A stretch of 64,000 nucleotides of DNA from Glaucostegus cemiculus (taxonomy: Eukaryota), in NCBI GenBank assembly GCA_976551045.1, contig CDPCPM010000050.1:2790001-2854000 (forward strand), given 5' to 3'. The position numbers were made by a program, and so were the translations under genes. Positions 36,006-49,959 of this stretch are shown piece by piece. Position 1 is the stretch's first letter, and each line of letters opens with the position of its first letter. The notes beneath the pieces are model-generated. The model did no database searches, was not told the origin of the DNA, and worked only from the letters and a program-made list of their open reading frames with translations.

Positions 36006-36202
36006 TGAACTCGCACATAAAAATCAGACCACAACACGCCGAGAACTGTTGGCAGTTCATTGTATTTACATGCCACATGTGAGAGGAGTTATGTGAATCT
36101 GAGTAAAACGTGGATGACCTCAGCTTATTGACAACACACTTACTGTGCATTTCAGAGAGTCCTCAGATATTTGATTTCACATGGAGTCCATATGAAGTCC
36201 AG

Positions 36203-36436
36203 CAGCGGCACGATAGCGTAGCGGTTAGCGCGACGCTGTTACAGCGCCAGCGATCGGGGATATATTCCCGTCACTGACTGTAAGGAGTTTGTACGTTCTC
36301 CCGTTTCTGCGTGGGTTTCCTCCGGGTGCTCCGGTTTCCTCCCACATTCCAAAGACGTACGGATAGGTTAATTTGGGGTTTTAAATGGGCGGCGCGGACT
36401 CGTGGAGCAGTGTTACCGCGCTGTAAATAAAAAAAA
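36203..36436 (+). mobile_element. Young V-SINE, same family as 34838-35086, opposite orientation
   Basis: gcggcacgatagcgtagcggttagcgcgacgctgttacagcgccagcg...gggtttcctccgggtgctccggtttcctcccaca...ctgtaaataaaaaaaa. Absent from the paralogue at ~11900. Confidence 0.9.
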
Positions 36437-39400
36437 TGAAAATTGTTAACCTTGCCGGTAGTTACCCCAGTAAATCTGTACACGAACCACTGGCCCGTTC
36501 ATTTGAATCAAGGTTAACGCTAATGAGGGAAAGTTTAATTTTTGAACTAATCGATCTTGCGTCACTGCTTTCGAGACCTGCTTAACAATTAAATGAACGT
36601 ATTTGCACATTTGTTAATTGTAATAATTTCAAGTTAAATTGAAATGATTATTTCGATTGCATCATAATGCTATTCCATTTCGTCTCCGTATCGGGAATGT
36701 TCAGAAGAATGCAAAATCTGTGAAGACTGTCACAGCCAACAAAAATTCAAAGCAGATTTTTTTTCAGTCTGGCCTTTTCCGATCAATGAGCACAAAGGAG
36801 CAATACAACTCTGAGGATCCGCAGAACGTAAGTCCACACTGTCTTACTCCACTTACCAGCTCAGAAGGCTCGCCACTGGTAGCACGATTGGGCCTATCTC
36901 CCAGGCAAGGGACATTTTGTTTTACTTGGGAAATTATCCTTATCAAAATATTGGTGAGTTAGGGAACGAGTGGAGGTTGATGCCTCTGAAGTGAAATTCA
37001 TTCTGTACCATTGAACCACGTGATGAGTACACAACACAGTTACGTGTAATGGACATTGTGAATCACTAACAATCTGCTGTCAGATAAAGAAAGGAGCTCA
37101 CAGGTTGTCCAGTCTATTCTTGAAATAAAGAGAAGGATGCAGAAGTTAAATTACCAGTCCTTATTACACCTATCAAGGAAACGCATCGTGACTGTCGTCT
37201 CTGGAAATTTCTGCTGAATTAAAACCTAAAATTGAAAAAGCAAGAATTCACATGCAAAGATCTGTGAAAAGTTATTATGCACACGTTAGAGCACATTCAC
37301 CATCATCGGGATGTGATGTCAGCAGGAGAGGTGAATATTATATAGCAATATTTCAGAAATGAATTTCAAGGCATCATGCAGCAGACACGTTGCCCAGGAC
37401 ATACTTCTGTCATTTTACTCTCAGTTAACTACCGTGTGGGTCTAAGCAAACCTTTCCTCATATATCTGGGGAAACCGCAACAATATATCTCTGAGACATA
37501 AGAGATTGCAGAAGCTGGATCATGAGTAACAACATCTGGTGGGAAACAGTGGGTCGTGAAAATCTCAGGGAACTTGCACCGTGCAGACACACATGTCAGA
37601 ATAGCATGGAAACCCGAAGAGGAGAAGAACTGATCAGTAGAGCAAAATTGCAACCACCCCGTCCCACAGCCCCCACCCACACCATCACCAAGGAATCAAA
37701 GTTACCATGGTGAAATTATCACGGAGAAAGTAGGTACAATGGCCCGAGGGTTTGAATTGTAACTAAAGTGACAAGTTATTTTTCTTCAGCTGTTTATACC
37801 ATTGCGGAGAGAATGTCTCTGCTGGATGGAAAAGCTCACAATGTGAAAATTCAGGGAAACCCAGGAAGTCGTCCTTGTTCTCCTGACCAGGAAATAATCC
37901 TCATAATATGTTATGAAGCAAATAAGTGGGTCATTGCCTCATTGCTGTTTATGTTGGCCCTCTACCAGATAGTTCCAAATTTTACAATGAAATTAAAGGA
38001 GGCCATTCCACCCGTTGAGTCTATGCTGTCTCTCCCAGTAATCTCAATTTTCCCATTTCCCACTTATTTCTGCAATCCATTGTTTCACATTAGCTATTCC
38101 ATACCCTCCACAGTAGGGATATTGTGCCGCGGCTAACTAACATAACAACCATCGTTGGAGGAAACCGGAGGACAGCGGGGAAAGTGGGAACGACGAAAAA
38201 TACCTGAGCAGCGCACACAGACAGTGCACACAGATTCGAAACTGGGTCTCTGAAGGTGTGAGGCAGCGTCACTACCTGCAAGGCAGCTGTGCCGCCCACC
38301 ATTTTCTATCGCAGGGTACACCTTGTAATCCAAGAGTATCGCTGCGTCAGAGATTCTGTAAGACTCTGTCCAGACCTTTTGTATGATCCATCAACTCGTT
38401 CATCGGAATGAAAGTTGTGGGAGTAAAAAGTAAAGCAAATGTCCGTTAAGTTTCGCTTAATTATTTAATTCATGTTTCATATATTTAATTATTTGAATCT
38501 CGTTTCAGTACTTCAGTACGTTTATTTGCCATTACTTTAATGAGATTTAAATTAAAACATTTAATGCGTTATACTGGTTCTAAATGTTAGAGGATTTCAA
38601 AAGCAGTTCCAACAGTTTAACAACTGGCAAGCTGAGAGCGGGTTTCCCTGTGTCAAGGGCTTCATGGTGGGTTTTTAATAGAGCGGCTAGTTCTGGACAT
38701 CAGAAGATGCCATTCCATCATTCTACTCTCTGGGCACTCAAGGCTTCTGCTGCTTGTCTCTGCGACACTCTCGGCCAGAAAAATTGGACTTCCAGGACCA
38801 AAGAAGACAAGTTCAGCAGCCGGTGAGGTTGGGTGCCATGTCCGCTCGCAAACAGGAACCCGCGACCACAAGGTGACACGATCATTCTCCACGCTCATTT
38901 GTGCGACCATTATTTTCCTCAATCACTGAATCGTTGTTTCCCCTTTACCAATCGTCGCAGTTACATCACTTAAATGCCGTTTTGGACAAAATACTTTATC
39001 ATGTGTTCTGACCCCAATTGAACTCCGCTCAACTGGCCAATCAGAGAACAAATCCTCAATCATTTCTTTCTATTCTCTGCCTCCCAACCAAATGCCCAGC
39101 CCATAGTTTCAAATATTTGTACATTTGATTCCAAAGTAGTTATATACGTATTTATGACACCCGGCTCTGAAAATCACAGTTGCTCAATGGCCACAATGTA
39201 TCACATTTCATATGCTAAACCCGATTTAAAAATATGCCCTTTCCAGAGCAAACCATCCCGTTTATTCATCCTTCCAGAACGTAGATTATCCCAACTCGGG
39301 TAACTATATACTTGTGTGTTTCCTTCTGTGCTTTAAAAGTGTGTAACGCCAAGCAGTTCCACATAAATCTGGCACTCCTTGGTTATTCTATACTCTGACC

Positions 39401-40115
39401 CTGTGGAAACCAATCAGAACTTTTTTTTCTTTCATTGATGGAAATTGAATCTTTGTTGTTCTCCCTGTAATCTATAATCAATCTGGATACAGACTATGTT
39501 ACTGAAAAATGCTGTGGCAAAATTGGCATTATGACTATGAAACTGTATTAAATACATGCGACTCTGTTCAAAACTGGGCGGCTGTGATTCAAACCTTCCA
39601 TCACCCTGCAGCTGCGATAGATTGGTTTATGATATTAACGGTTGCGAAGAGAAAGACTACCGAAAGTCGCTTGAAAATAACAATTATGTCATGCGAAAAT
39701 ATTGCACGGCACTAAGTCCGGGATATCCGAATGGAGACGATTCTACCTTTGTCCTTAACTTGTGAGACTAGATCACTGAATAGAAATTGCACCAGGTATC
39801 CTAGTTCTTTTTCTGGAGATGCCGACCCACGGTTGCTTAATCTCGTAATCCTCCTAACAATATATTTTAACTTTACTTCGCGAAATATCAAATTTTTGTT
39901 CTCATCATATCTGTTAACAGATATGCAAAACATTACTTTTGCTGGTATAAAGTAATCGATTAATATGGGGAATAACAGAAAATTTATTGTTAAACTAACC
40001 TTCTCTAATCTTTTGTAATACGATCGTGGCCAGAATGTTCAAGCTCATATGATGCCCATCTGCTGTGATTGAAGATGTTTTAAAATAATCAAACGTGTAA
40101 TGTCGAAACATGATA

Positions 40116-40121
40116 TTTATT
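40116..40121 (-). terminator. AATAAA polyadenylation signal of the cluster 4 C exon
   Basis: Conserved context, displaced to ~190 nt after the stop by the duplicated C tail. Confidence 0.7.
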
Positions 40122-40158
40122 TTCACATGTTAAAAAATCAGAACATAATTTGCTTCCA

Positions 40159-40247
40159 GTAGGTACAGCTGGATCTCGCGATCATTGTCTTAAGCGGATT
40201 TGCCTGAGCCTCGTGTTTAACCACACAGGAGTAGAGTTCGTGTGAAC
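40159..40247 (-). repeat. Second, diverged copy of the 3' end of the C exon (SHELYSCVVKHEAQANPLKTMIARSSCT) in the 3' UTR of cluster 4
   Basis: Direct repeat of ~40312-40400 at a 153-bp offset. Confidence 0.92.
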
Positions 40248-40311
40248 TTTATCAATCAGACATTTAATATCTGAATACGACTTTTTTGGAGAAACTTAAC
40301 AATGGCTCGAA

Positions 40312-40634
40312 TCACATACAACCGGATCTCGCGATGTTTGTCTTAATGGGGTTTGCCTGAGTCTCGTGTTTAACCACACAGGAGTAAAGCTCATGTGAGC
40401 TCCAGACTGAGGCTGGCAGCGTCAGGTAACTGCTCGCACTGAACGTGTTGTCCGTGTCCTGCTGGACGCGGCTGGTCTCAACGCAATTCTTCCTCGAACT
40501 GCCGTCCACGGTCCACTCAATGTCCACAGCGCCCGAGTTAAACCCGCTCACCAAACACACCAGGGTGGCGGTTCCCATTCTTGCCATTTCTTCTGCTGAA
40601 GGACGGAGGACAGTCACCGCAGGTGGTCGCGGAT
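40312..40634 (-). CDS. IGL: IgL constant exon, cluster 4; open frame with an extra Cys (RKNCVE); partner VJ is a pseudogene
   Basis: PRPPAVTVLRPSAEEMARMGTATLVC...YSCVVKHE...RSGCM*. Acceptor at 40635-40636, 323 nt. Confidence 0.92.
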
Positions 40635-42118
40635 CTGAAAATAGAAGCAGACGCAGGAAGGTCAATTGCTGATTGACATCTAAGTCTGAATCAACCCACG
40701 TTGTCTTCGATATCATTAGGTCCCTATGAAATCTTCGTCCAAAGAAACATCATTAGCACAACTTGCACAGCGAGAGAAAACCAGATCCTTGCAAAGATTA
40801 TACAATGGCAATATTTTCTGAATACCGACACATGGCATAAGACAATATCAAATCTTCTTCAAAGAAAACAAATTAAACTTTCGCACATGTCCAATGTCAT
40901 AACTTACAGCTCCCTCAAGCATATCACAGATTTGTCCATTTTATTCCATTTCATTGACTCATTTGATTTTTAAATGGAATTTGGAACCGCAACTGAAAGA
41001 TTTAGGGAGTATTGTGAACATGAAAGATTAAAATCACGCTATGCACTAACACTTTGTCATGTTTTCTTTTGAGATAAGTTTCCGCAGACGATGTATCCAG
41101 GGAGCTGTGCATTTAATACATATGAAATCTGAATTTTAGTTAAGTATTCAGTAATTCTGTCTGGAAAGATAGTGTAACACTCATCTCAAATCATTCGGCT
41201 CCATTCAGTTTACTACTAGCTTTGTTTGTTTATTTTTAGCTCAAGCTCCGGACAGATTTTGAAGAAGATGCTATTTGGCTATCCGTGAGGTCTGCGGTCA
41301 ATCAGTGCCTGAACCGCTTATCGATTGGCTGTCTCCCACCCGTGTCGAGTGAAGAGTACATCAATCAAAGGTTGCAAGGACTTCCCAGCAATCGCGTCTC
41401 ACGAACAATCTGCTTCTCGGGAACAGATCCAGAGTCGGGGGCGGGGGTTGTCACAAATGTCATTTCAATAAAGACAATCATTTTACAATAAAAATCGTGT
41501 GATTCTCAACAAATATGTCAATACTAGAAACGATTTCATGGAATTAGCCTATCATTGAGTCCAAACATATCCTTGCCAATATGTATCAATAGTCCCACAC
41601 CAATGAGGCAAGTCTCCCTTCACATTCACATTGCTATTTGTGGGAGAACACTGTGCACGGATTATTTGCGATATTCTCCAAATTGCAGCGCTGGATACAC
41701 TCGAAGTGCGTTGGGACCGTCCCACATGCAGAGACGCATCTCAGCAACACGGGAAATGCCGCTCAGGCGACAAATCTCTTGCGGGTCTGAGGATTTGTCT
41801 TCAAATCCACAGATTTACCTCACTTTCATTCCCTTTAAGTTTGTAAATTGTAGTGCAAGTCAAAAATAGTTTAACAGTTAACTCCGTGACAGTGGCTCGG
41901 AACACGTATTTCCCAATATGGATGATTAATGAAATTACATATGATTTAAGAGAATGTATTTTTTTTTTACTATCGCGCGTTTTCAAGTTCCAACCTGATG
42001 TAGCAGAATGATAGTTAATAATTGATAATAGTTAAAATCGCGGCAGGTTACCGACGTGTTCTGAGGTATTAAGTTTACTAAGTGAAAATGCAACATAGAA
42101 GTACACAACCTAATATCA

Positions 42119-42987
42119 CAAGATCACAAGACAAGGGAGCAGAAGTAGGCCATTCAGCCCTTCGAGTCTGCTCCATGAGAAAAGAAAAGATAAAATATCT
42201 ATCCCCAATTTCCAGCCTTATCCCCATATCCCTTGATACCTTGATTAATTAGGTACCTATCCAACTCCCCTTTAAATGCCCCCACTGACTGAGCCTCTAC
42301 AGCTGTATGTGGTAGAGAATTCCACAACTCCACCACCCTCTGACGAAAGTAATTTCTCCTCATCTCTGTTTTAAACTGGTTTCCTGTGATTCTAAGTCTG
42401 TGCCCTCTAGTCTTGGACTCACCCATCAAGGGAAACAGCTTTTCCACATCCACTCTATCCATTCCCTTCAACATTCTAAATACTTCTATGAGGTCCCCCC
42501 TCATTCTTCTGTACTCCAACGAGTACAGTCCAAGAGCCAATAAACGCTCATCATAGGTAAGCACTTTCATACCAGGAATCATCCTTGTAAACCTCATCTG
42601 GACCCTCTCCAACATCAGCACATCCCTTCTAAGGTGTGGGGCCCAAACCTGTACGCAGTATTCCAAACGAGGACGTACCAGTGCTCCATAGAGCCTCATC
42701 ATCACTTCCCTACTTCTATACACTATACCTCGCGAAATGAACGCCAACATAGCATTCGCTTTCTTTATCACCGATCCGACCTGGTGGTTGACTTTTAGGG
42801 TGTCCTGCACGAGTACCCCAAGTCCCTTTGTACTTCCGTACTTCCAATTTTCTCCCCATCTAGATAATAATCTGCCTGTTCATTTCTTTTGCCAAAGTGT
42901 ACTACAGCACATTTGTCAACATTGAATTTCATCTGCCATTTCTTTGCCGATTCACTTAACCTATCCAAGTCCTATCCATTGATATCC
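42119..42987 (-). mobile_element. 5'-truncated CR1 LINE in the cluster 4 J-C intron
   Basis: ORF 42199-42810 (KANAMLAFI...LVRPRLEYCVQVWAP...RGDLIEVF). (TCTTGTGA)n tail. TSD AATATCA at 42112-42118 and 42988-42994. Empty paralogous site at ~17481. Confidence 0.93.
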
Positions 42988-45706
42988 AATATCAATGTAC
43001 AAAAGCTCTGGAACAGTATTCAGGATTATACATGTTGAGAAAAATGCAAAAAAAGATCAAATATTGTGGCCCTGAGTCATGAATATGCGGTTCCAGTGTC
43101 TGATCGTGAAGGTTATCTCGCAGATAAGCGACAGTTGCAGCAATTTGCAAAGTCCCCTGAAATATATTAACATTTATAATGTTTGAATCGAATTAAAACG
43201 TATCGTTTATGTTCTCTTAAATATAACTTTGGCCAAACATTAACTTCAACAAGATTTAGGGACTGTGTATAGGATTGTAAACAGGTCAAAGACAACCCGA
43301 CACTCAGTCACTCAGAATCTGAAAGCCCATGAAGAAGTCGTTCTCGCAGCCCGAGATTTGAAAACATAACTCGACATCTGTCTTCGTAGATTTTTTTTTA
43401 ATCTACCGCACTTTAAAGCCTGATGTGCATTGGGGTTTTAGACCCAGGGTACAACATGTTCTCACAACACCTTGGGGGAAGTACCCTAATTTCATTCAAT
43501 GTTTTTCAAATAATTACAATGATGCCCATTTACGAAACACTTTTAACGGCGTAAGATATCGCAAGGAAGCATCACAAGACAAAACTTGAACCCAACATTA
43601 GAAGATCCCAAGCCAAAGGAACAGAACTTTGGAACACAAATAACGGAGCTCAGAGGATCTTACGTTTGTGGAGCATGGAGCGGGAGAAGCTCAGGCGGAA
43701 GCGGGAAAAGTTACGATGGCGATGCTGAGGAAGAAGAAACAAATTTCCAGCTCGATAACTTACTCCGCTTTGCTCCTACTTTATTTCATTCATTGGTGAA
43801 AACTCACCAATGCCTTTGCTCTCCAGACTTTCCTCGTCCAATCTCAACCCTCGCAATACTGGTGAAATCTCAGCAAAGGCTCTTTGACCTCTCCAAGTTT
43901 AAGCAGCATCAAAAAGATTTTCAAACGTCGTTTTCTATTTATTCATTAAAGCTCATCGGACATTGACTCCACATAAATATATTATATAGGCAATGCTTTC
44001 CTTTAACCTAAGTCTCTCTGCCAAGCAAACAGATTTTCTATTTTTGGTAGGTAATGTTCAAAAAATCAGGGGACAATTCCGTTTGATAACCGAATGAAAT
44101 AAAATGACCATTGATATCATTGCTGCAAGGATTTTTTTCAACTAAAATAGGATGCACTAGAAGATATTTGTTTCGGCATATCTCATGGTACCACGTTCCG
44201 ATATAATGTTGCCAAGTGACAGTTAATTTTGTTGGATATTGAACTGTCGGTGACACAAATCATAGGACGAGTTGGGAAGCCGAATGCCGTTATTAAAATG
44301 AAGTACGCAATCTCCGAAGGTATTTTCGGAGATATTCATAAATGCAAATCGATCTGGCTGCTGATTGTTGCGCTGCCCTCCTGTCTAATCTCGTAGATGA
44401 GCGATTGTTCCGGCAAATCCACGCCATGTCCTGGAATATTTACAGTTATAAATTCTTCCAATGGGATTAATGAGTATTAATAAGACACCCGATTGATTTA
44501 GTTTTGTTTTTAGGGTTGATTTCGGTCATGCATTACAGCGGCGCTCTAGAGAAGGGGGTTAAACCGTCTGTAAGACAATGCGAGACACATAGAATTCCCA
44601 AAGAAAGTCCATCTCGCAATCCCCGCTCCATGAAACTTAGTTCGATATGTGTCCTTGTCAATTATCATTCTACTTCTCTTTAAAGCGTGTCATGCACTCT
44701 GCTTGATCCGGCGTTGGAGCTGAGGCACTAAACTTCCTTTAAAAAATTTGCGTGAACAAAACACCCTCATTTCTCCTGTAGTTATAATACCTTCCATTGC
44801 CGTAACGTTGTCCGTGACACAGAATGTCCTCCAGCAAGATTATGTAGTTGCCCTTTTGAGCCAAGGAGAGAAGACTATATCAAGTGACAGGAGCAGCTTT
44901 TTCGGCAAAGTCGGATCGTTGTAAGAGTCGTTCAAAGGAAAAAGAAACAAAGACAGCGAGGCAGAGAGGATAAATCTCAGAGGGTCGGAGATGACAGAAA
45001 TGGAAGTTTGTCAGCTCTCAGGACGATTTGATAACAAAGATGAAAATGATTAAATGGAGACATCGTTTTACTATGGAAAATGTACATTAAGAAGGATAAA
45101 TGGGCGTGAGTCAGGACACCGAGTACAGTGTTTTGGATAACTGCAAATTTGGGGAATAAAGAGCGAGGGAGGGACAGTCCGGAATAATTTAGAAATCAAG
45201 TCAGGTGATGTTGCGGAGATGGTAATGAGCTCGTTATTTAAGCTCCAAAACATCCTCGCCTCTCTGGCGCAGCAGAACTGCTACTGTCAGGTCGCCTCGC
45301 CTCTGCTACCTCCACTCTTGTTGTTTCCCGTCTGCAGTCTAACCTAAGTCCTCGTCATAGCAAATCAGAAATCGTTTCTGTGCTCACTTCAAAACTTTAC
45401 ACTGTCCCTTACATCAGGCATGTTGTGTGTTTGGTCATTATTTAAAGCTCCCTGGACGCTGAATTTCAAAATCTACGTCAATATATTTGGATGACACTAA
45501 CTTTTACTAAAAGTCTTTCACTCCACCAGGCAAAGGGATGTTTTTCAGTTCTTAATATTGGGAAGACTTGGTAAAAACTTTACGAATGATGTGTAAACGG
45601 AGCGAAAAATTGCGCACGGATACTGCTGTTCCAATACTATCAACTGATAGAGTACACAATCGAAGACTGGTAATTGACACATTCCCACTTTCAATAATTT
45701 ACTTAC

Positions 45707-46039
45707 TGATAAGATTCAGCTTGGTCCCTTTCCCGAACGTAGATATATCACTAGCAACCACAAAGCAGTAATAAACAGCGGCGTCCTCCCATTGCACGTT
45801 GGCAATGGTTAATTGCATCTGGTTGCTGAAAATGTTCGAGAAACTGGTGAATCGATCTGGAATTCCCGACGCTCTGTCGTTGACAATATCCCACACCAGG
45901 ACTAGGGGGCTGTCGGGTTTCTGCCTGTACTAGCTCGTCCCCGTGCCACCTTCTGACATGGTACAGGTGATCTGAACGGTTTTACCCGGCGAAGTCGAGA
46001 TAGACGGGGACTGAGTCACGATTAGCTCCGCGTTTATGT
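45707..46039 (-). pseudogene. IGL: Germline-joined VJ exon, cluster 4, with the conserved FR2 Trp changed to TAG
   Basis: [62 protein letters not shown]...VYYC-FVVASDIST-FGKGTKLNLI. TAG at 45930-45932, 333 nt. Confidence 0.95.
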
Positions 46040-46129
46040 CTGAGGAAATAACAAATTCATCTTAGAGACGTTTATTGTATCAGATCAACTTAAAGAACAG
46101 TAGTGGTAATGATGTGAGGTTTTACTTAC

Positions 46130-46178
46130 TGTGGAAACAGAACAGCAACGCGGCAATGCTCCCAATCCATCGCGCCAT
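46130..46178 (-). pseudogene. IGL: Leader exon, cluster 4: MARWIGSIAALLFCFH (intact, part of a pseudogene cluster)
   Basis: ATG at 46176-46178, 49 nt, GTAAGT donor, 90-bp intron. Confidence 0.9.
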
Positions 46179-46238
46179 TATTGTGACGAAGCGAAATTTT
46201 GAGACAGAAGTCTACTTCTGGGTACTTGCGAAGACTCA

Positions 46239-46301
46239 CCTTATGAAGTCTCAAATTTCGGTACGTCACGAAATATTCATGCAAATTTCCACTCACGTGA
46301 T
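46239..46301 (-). promoter_or_regulatory. IgL V promoter, cluster 4 (CACGTG 46294-46299, octamer 46279-46286, TGACGT 46263-46268)
   Basis: Perfect octamer within the conserved module. Confidence 0.83.
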
Positions 46302-47069
46302 TTCGTATAATCGACTCATGGGTCATCTGTTAACTGGCTCTTTCACAGATCCAGCCCTTTCGGAAAGGGAGGGAAAATGTAAGTGCCATTTATGTGTATA
46401 GGGGAATGGTAGAATACAGCAGGCTGAACCGTGCTGTAAAATGAAGTGGAGCGATTGGGTTTCTGCATGCCTATGACTTACCAGCCCGGGTACTACCATA
46501 GACAGAAACAAATGAAGATGAAATGGACTTCAATTGCTCAGAAATAATGCTGGATAAATATTCAGCCAGTTAATTGTTATAAAACAAAACAGTGACGACT
46601 TATGAAGCTTTTTGTAGGCCGTTTTAGTAATGCAGACCTACTTAGTATCGGAGACCTACTTACCTCACAGAAGAAAGTTTGAAATCTGTTTCAAGTTGTG
46701 ATCTATGTCCCAAATTCCTGCGTACCATTGCGATACCCTACAGCCTTAAAGCTAATTCCTTGTTTGAGAGTTTATCTACCAAATAGAACTCGATAGGTAT
46801 ATTTTTAACAAATAATTTAACGGTTTATAACTGCTATCTCATAGCACCATTTCATAATAAGCAACTTTGAGCTAAAGATATTAATAACCTTTTCATTGTT
46901 GGAATAAAGGTCAAAGGACAATCCGTGAAGCTGTTAACTGTCCAGCTACGGACGATTTCAATTTCAAAAGAGTTTGTAAAATCACTTGAACTGAGAAAAA
47001 AGGACAGAGGTTTACGAGTTTAGTGAGAACCTTTCATGGAATATGGGTGCCTGATTCAAATTTTATTTC

Positions 47070-48240
47070 CAATATTGTGGGTGAAGATTGTTCGTCGGGG
47101 GGGGGGGGTGCATTTGGAAAGGTCATGAGTCAATTGCACAAGAGAATAAGAAGTGTGAGAAGGCAAAAGTGATCTTGCATGGGTCCGTATGCAAGGGTGG
47201 GGGCAGGCAGGCGTTTCTGTAACTGCAAGAACAGGGGTCCATGTATAGCACGTATTATAATCTGAGTCATAAAACTAAAATAAAATTAAATCTGCAAAGG
47301 CATAAGAAGTAGAGTGGTTGGGAAATTCATCGAAGGGCATGATGATGCATAGAGGGTCGCTAATAATTACAAATCCGTTATGCATTCTTTTTTCATCCAA
47401 AGGTGCAAAAGGAAAGGTGATCCATTCATGGCTGACAAAAGAAGTGACAGTTTGTATTTGATCCAAAGAAGAGTGATATAATTTTGCTCGGAAAAAATAT
47501 CAGTGGGAAGCCTAAGGAGTGGGTGCAGTTTAAAACTCGGCAATAAAAAAAAAAGACCATATGATGAATTGCAGAGAAAACATTCAGAATGAAAGTGGAC
47601 TTGAAATAACAATAAAACGCACTAAAACAACTCCTACAAACATGTAAAATACAAAGGAAGCATGTGGAAGTCTCCCACAGTGAGAGACCGACGGATTCAT
47701 AAAGAGGAACAAAGACATTTCTGTACTGTTTTCATAGAAAATGTCACAGATAACTTCCCAGTAATGCAATAAATCAGAAATCTAATGAGAAGTACAAATT
47801 AAAGATCAGTTCCAATCAAAGTCGAGTTAATGGGACTGATATCTGATAAAGCCCCTCCCCCACCACAAAATATGTTTCCCAAATTAAGTAAAGCAGAAGG
47901 CATAGAAATAGTGTATGCAATGATTTCCATATTACAAAGTTCTATTGCGACTGTAAACTTTGGAGGATGGCACATATAATTAGACAGTATAAAAATGGAG
48001 AGAGAAGAAAGCCAAGGAATTGGAATCCAGTGAGGTTCACATCAGTAACAGTGAAAACGCTGAGGTCTACAATAACAGTTGTGATAATCAGACACTGAAC
48101 GCCATTAGGCAAAGTCAACGTAGATATATGGAAGAGAAATACTGTTTGACAAACTTGCCGGAGATTTTTTTTAAATATACAGCTGGTACACAAGTCAGTG
48201 GAGAACAAGTTAATGTGATTTCTCTGGATTTTCAGGAGCA
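47070..48240 (+). mobile_element. Ancient CR1 relic upstream of the cluster 4 promoter (paralogue of 21560-22720)
   Basis: Collinear with the cluster 2 relic. Confidence 0.65.
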
Positions 48241-49959
48241 CTGAATTTGCGCTTTAATGCATGCAAGACTTCCGTTTCAAAGCTGAATTCCTCCCCTGCA
48301 TCGCAGTTTCATCAACCAGAAATTATCCGTATATCACGTCCCAGCGGTAGAAGGGACACACTGAAGTTTCTGACAGTATCGGGATGCATATTTGGGAGGA
48401 AATAGGCCTAGGATTAAAAAGCACTAATTTCAGGACCAATAAAATCTTAAATCGTCGGTGAAGCTTTTACAGGGGAACTACTTATTGCTTATCACCTATT
48501 GCTTTCTACTTGCTGATAAATCAGAATTGCTCCACGTCAAACACTATGTGGAAGAAAGATTGAGGGTAACAAGCGATCCATGCAGTTGCGCGGAGAACCA
48601 CGAAAATGATAAAGATTGCCTGGTAGTAAAATGCCAGCCCGATCTCACTGAACGTGGAGTGGCAGAGCAAACAATGGAGGAAAACAAAACTTTGACTGTC
48701 ATTGGTGTGTTTAATAAATACATTATTCATAACATTATCCGCCACACAATACCTATGTTATCGGGCTTTAGCGTCATGATAAATGGCGGCCCTTTGCACC
48801 ATTAGCAGTAGGAAAATTCATTCAAGCAAAGTCCTTACGGTTGGTATATTCCTCATTTTTCTACTAAACCTTGCTTGACAGTCAGTATAGAGCAGCCTCC
48901 CACGAGCATTGGCAGATGCACCTTTATAGCAAATGTCAGTCTGAGAAGCAGCAATAGCTTCTAATGTGCAGAAGTAGAAACTTATGCACCAGTGTTTCGC
49001 CGCCTGCAGTCCACAGGCCACAACTAGTCGGTGAGATGGAAGGCATGTACTTCTGCCACATCCAGTCAGAAAATGTGGCAGAGACTTCAAAAAAGCCTTG
49101 GAATGTGTGATTCCATGAACAGGATGCTGGAAAGCATAATGTTAACGCGAGAAAGACTGAAACCTTTCCAATTCTTTCCAGCCTGAAATATCAACTGCAC
49201 GCATTACTTCGGCTTCCTTTTAAGATCCCAACCATCACATGACCCAAGTTTCGGTCAATGCAATAAATTCCACATGATATCAATAAATGATCGGCCTCAC
49301 TAGTTGTTGTAAAAACAGCAAGTTGGACAATATCCTGACTATGGCACTGAATATCCAAAAAAGTCTGACAGAATTTTATTCATCCCCTCTCGCCTTCAAC
49401 GTTTATTTCCTCTGGGCAGAAATCTCAGAACGTCCATTGCATTCTTTATGTTTTTCTAACGCTTCTGATGCAACTAATGGCCGTTTTTATGATTGTATTC
49501 GAAATCAGACAAAACAAAGAACAGATAGCGAACTCGTGGCTGGGATGAAAATAGTTTATCAAACGCATACCGTTCTGACCAATTAGGTCAGATGTTCCAG
49601 TGTATAAATTTAAGTTTTTCTCAAGGTGTACTTTGGGTTTGGGCGACTGGTCAGCAGCAGAGACACAGCCGAGCATTTATACTTAAAGATAGATTGAAAT
49701 GTGGTCATTCATGTGCAGATATGGTTTGTCCTCTAATGTTATGGATGCGTGTGCATACATCTCCAAAAGCTACTGAACTCAGATTCCTTGTTGTTGTTAA
49801 TGTTGTTGCTGAAGTATCGTAAACGGGTATAAAATAGTTTTTGGTCGTATTGCTAACGGAAAATAAATTCTTTGTCGATGCTAAATGGAAAATTGCTTCC
49901 CTATAAAATAAATAATTATGTTACGTGCCGGCATGTGAGTAATGTTACGCGATACGTTT

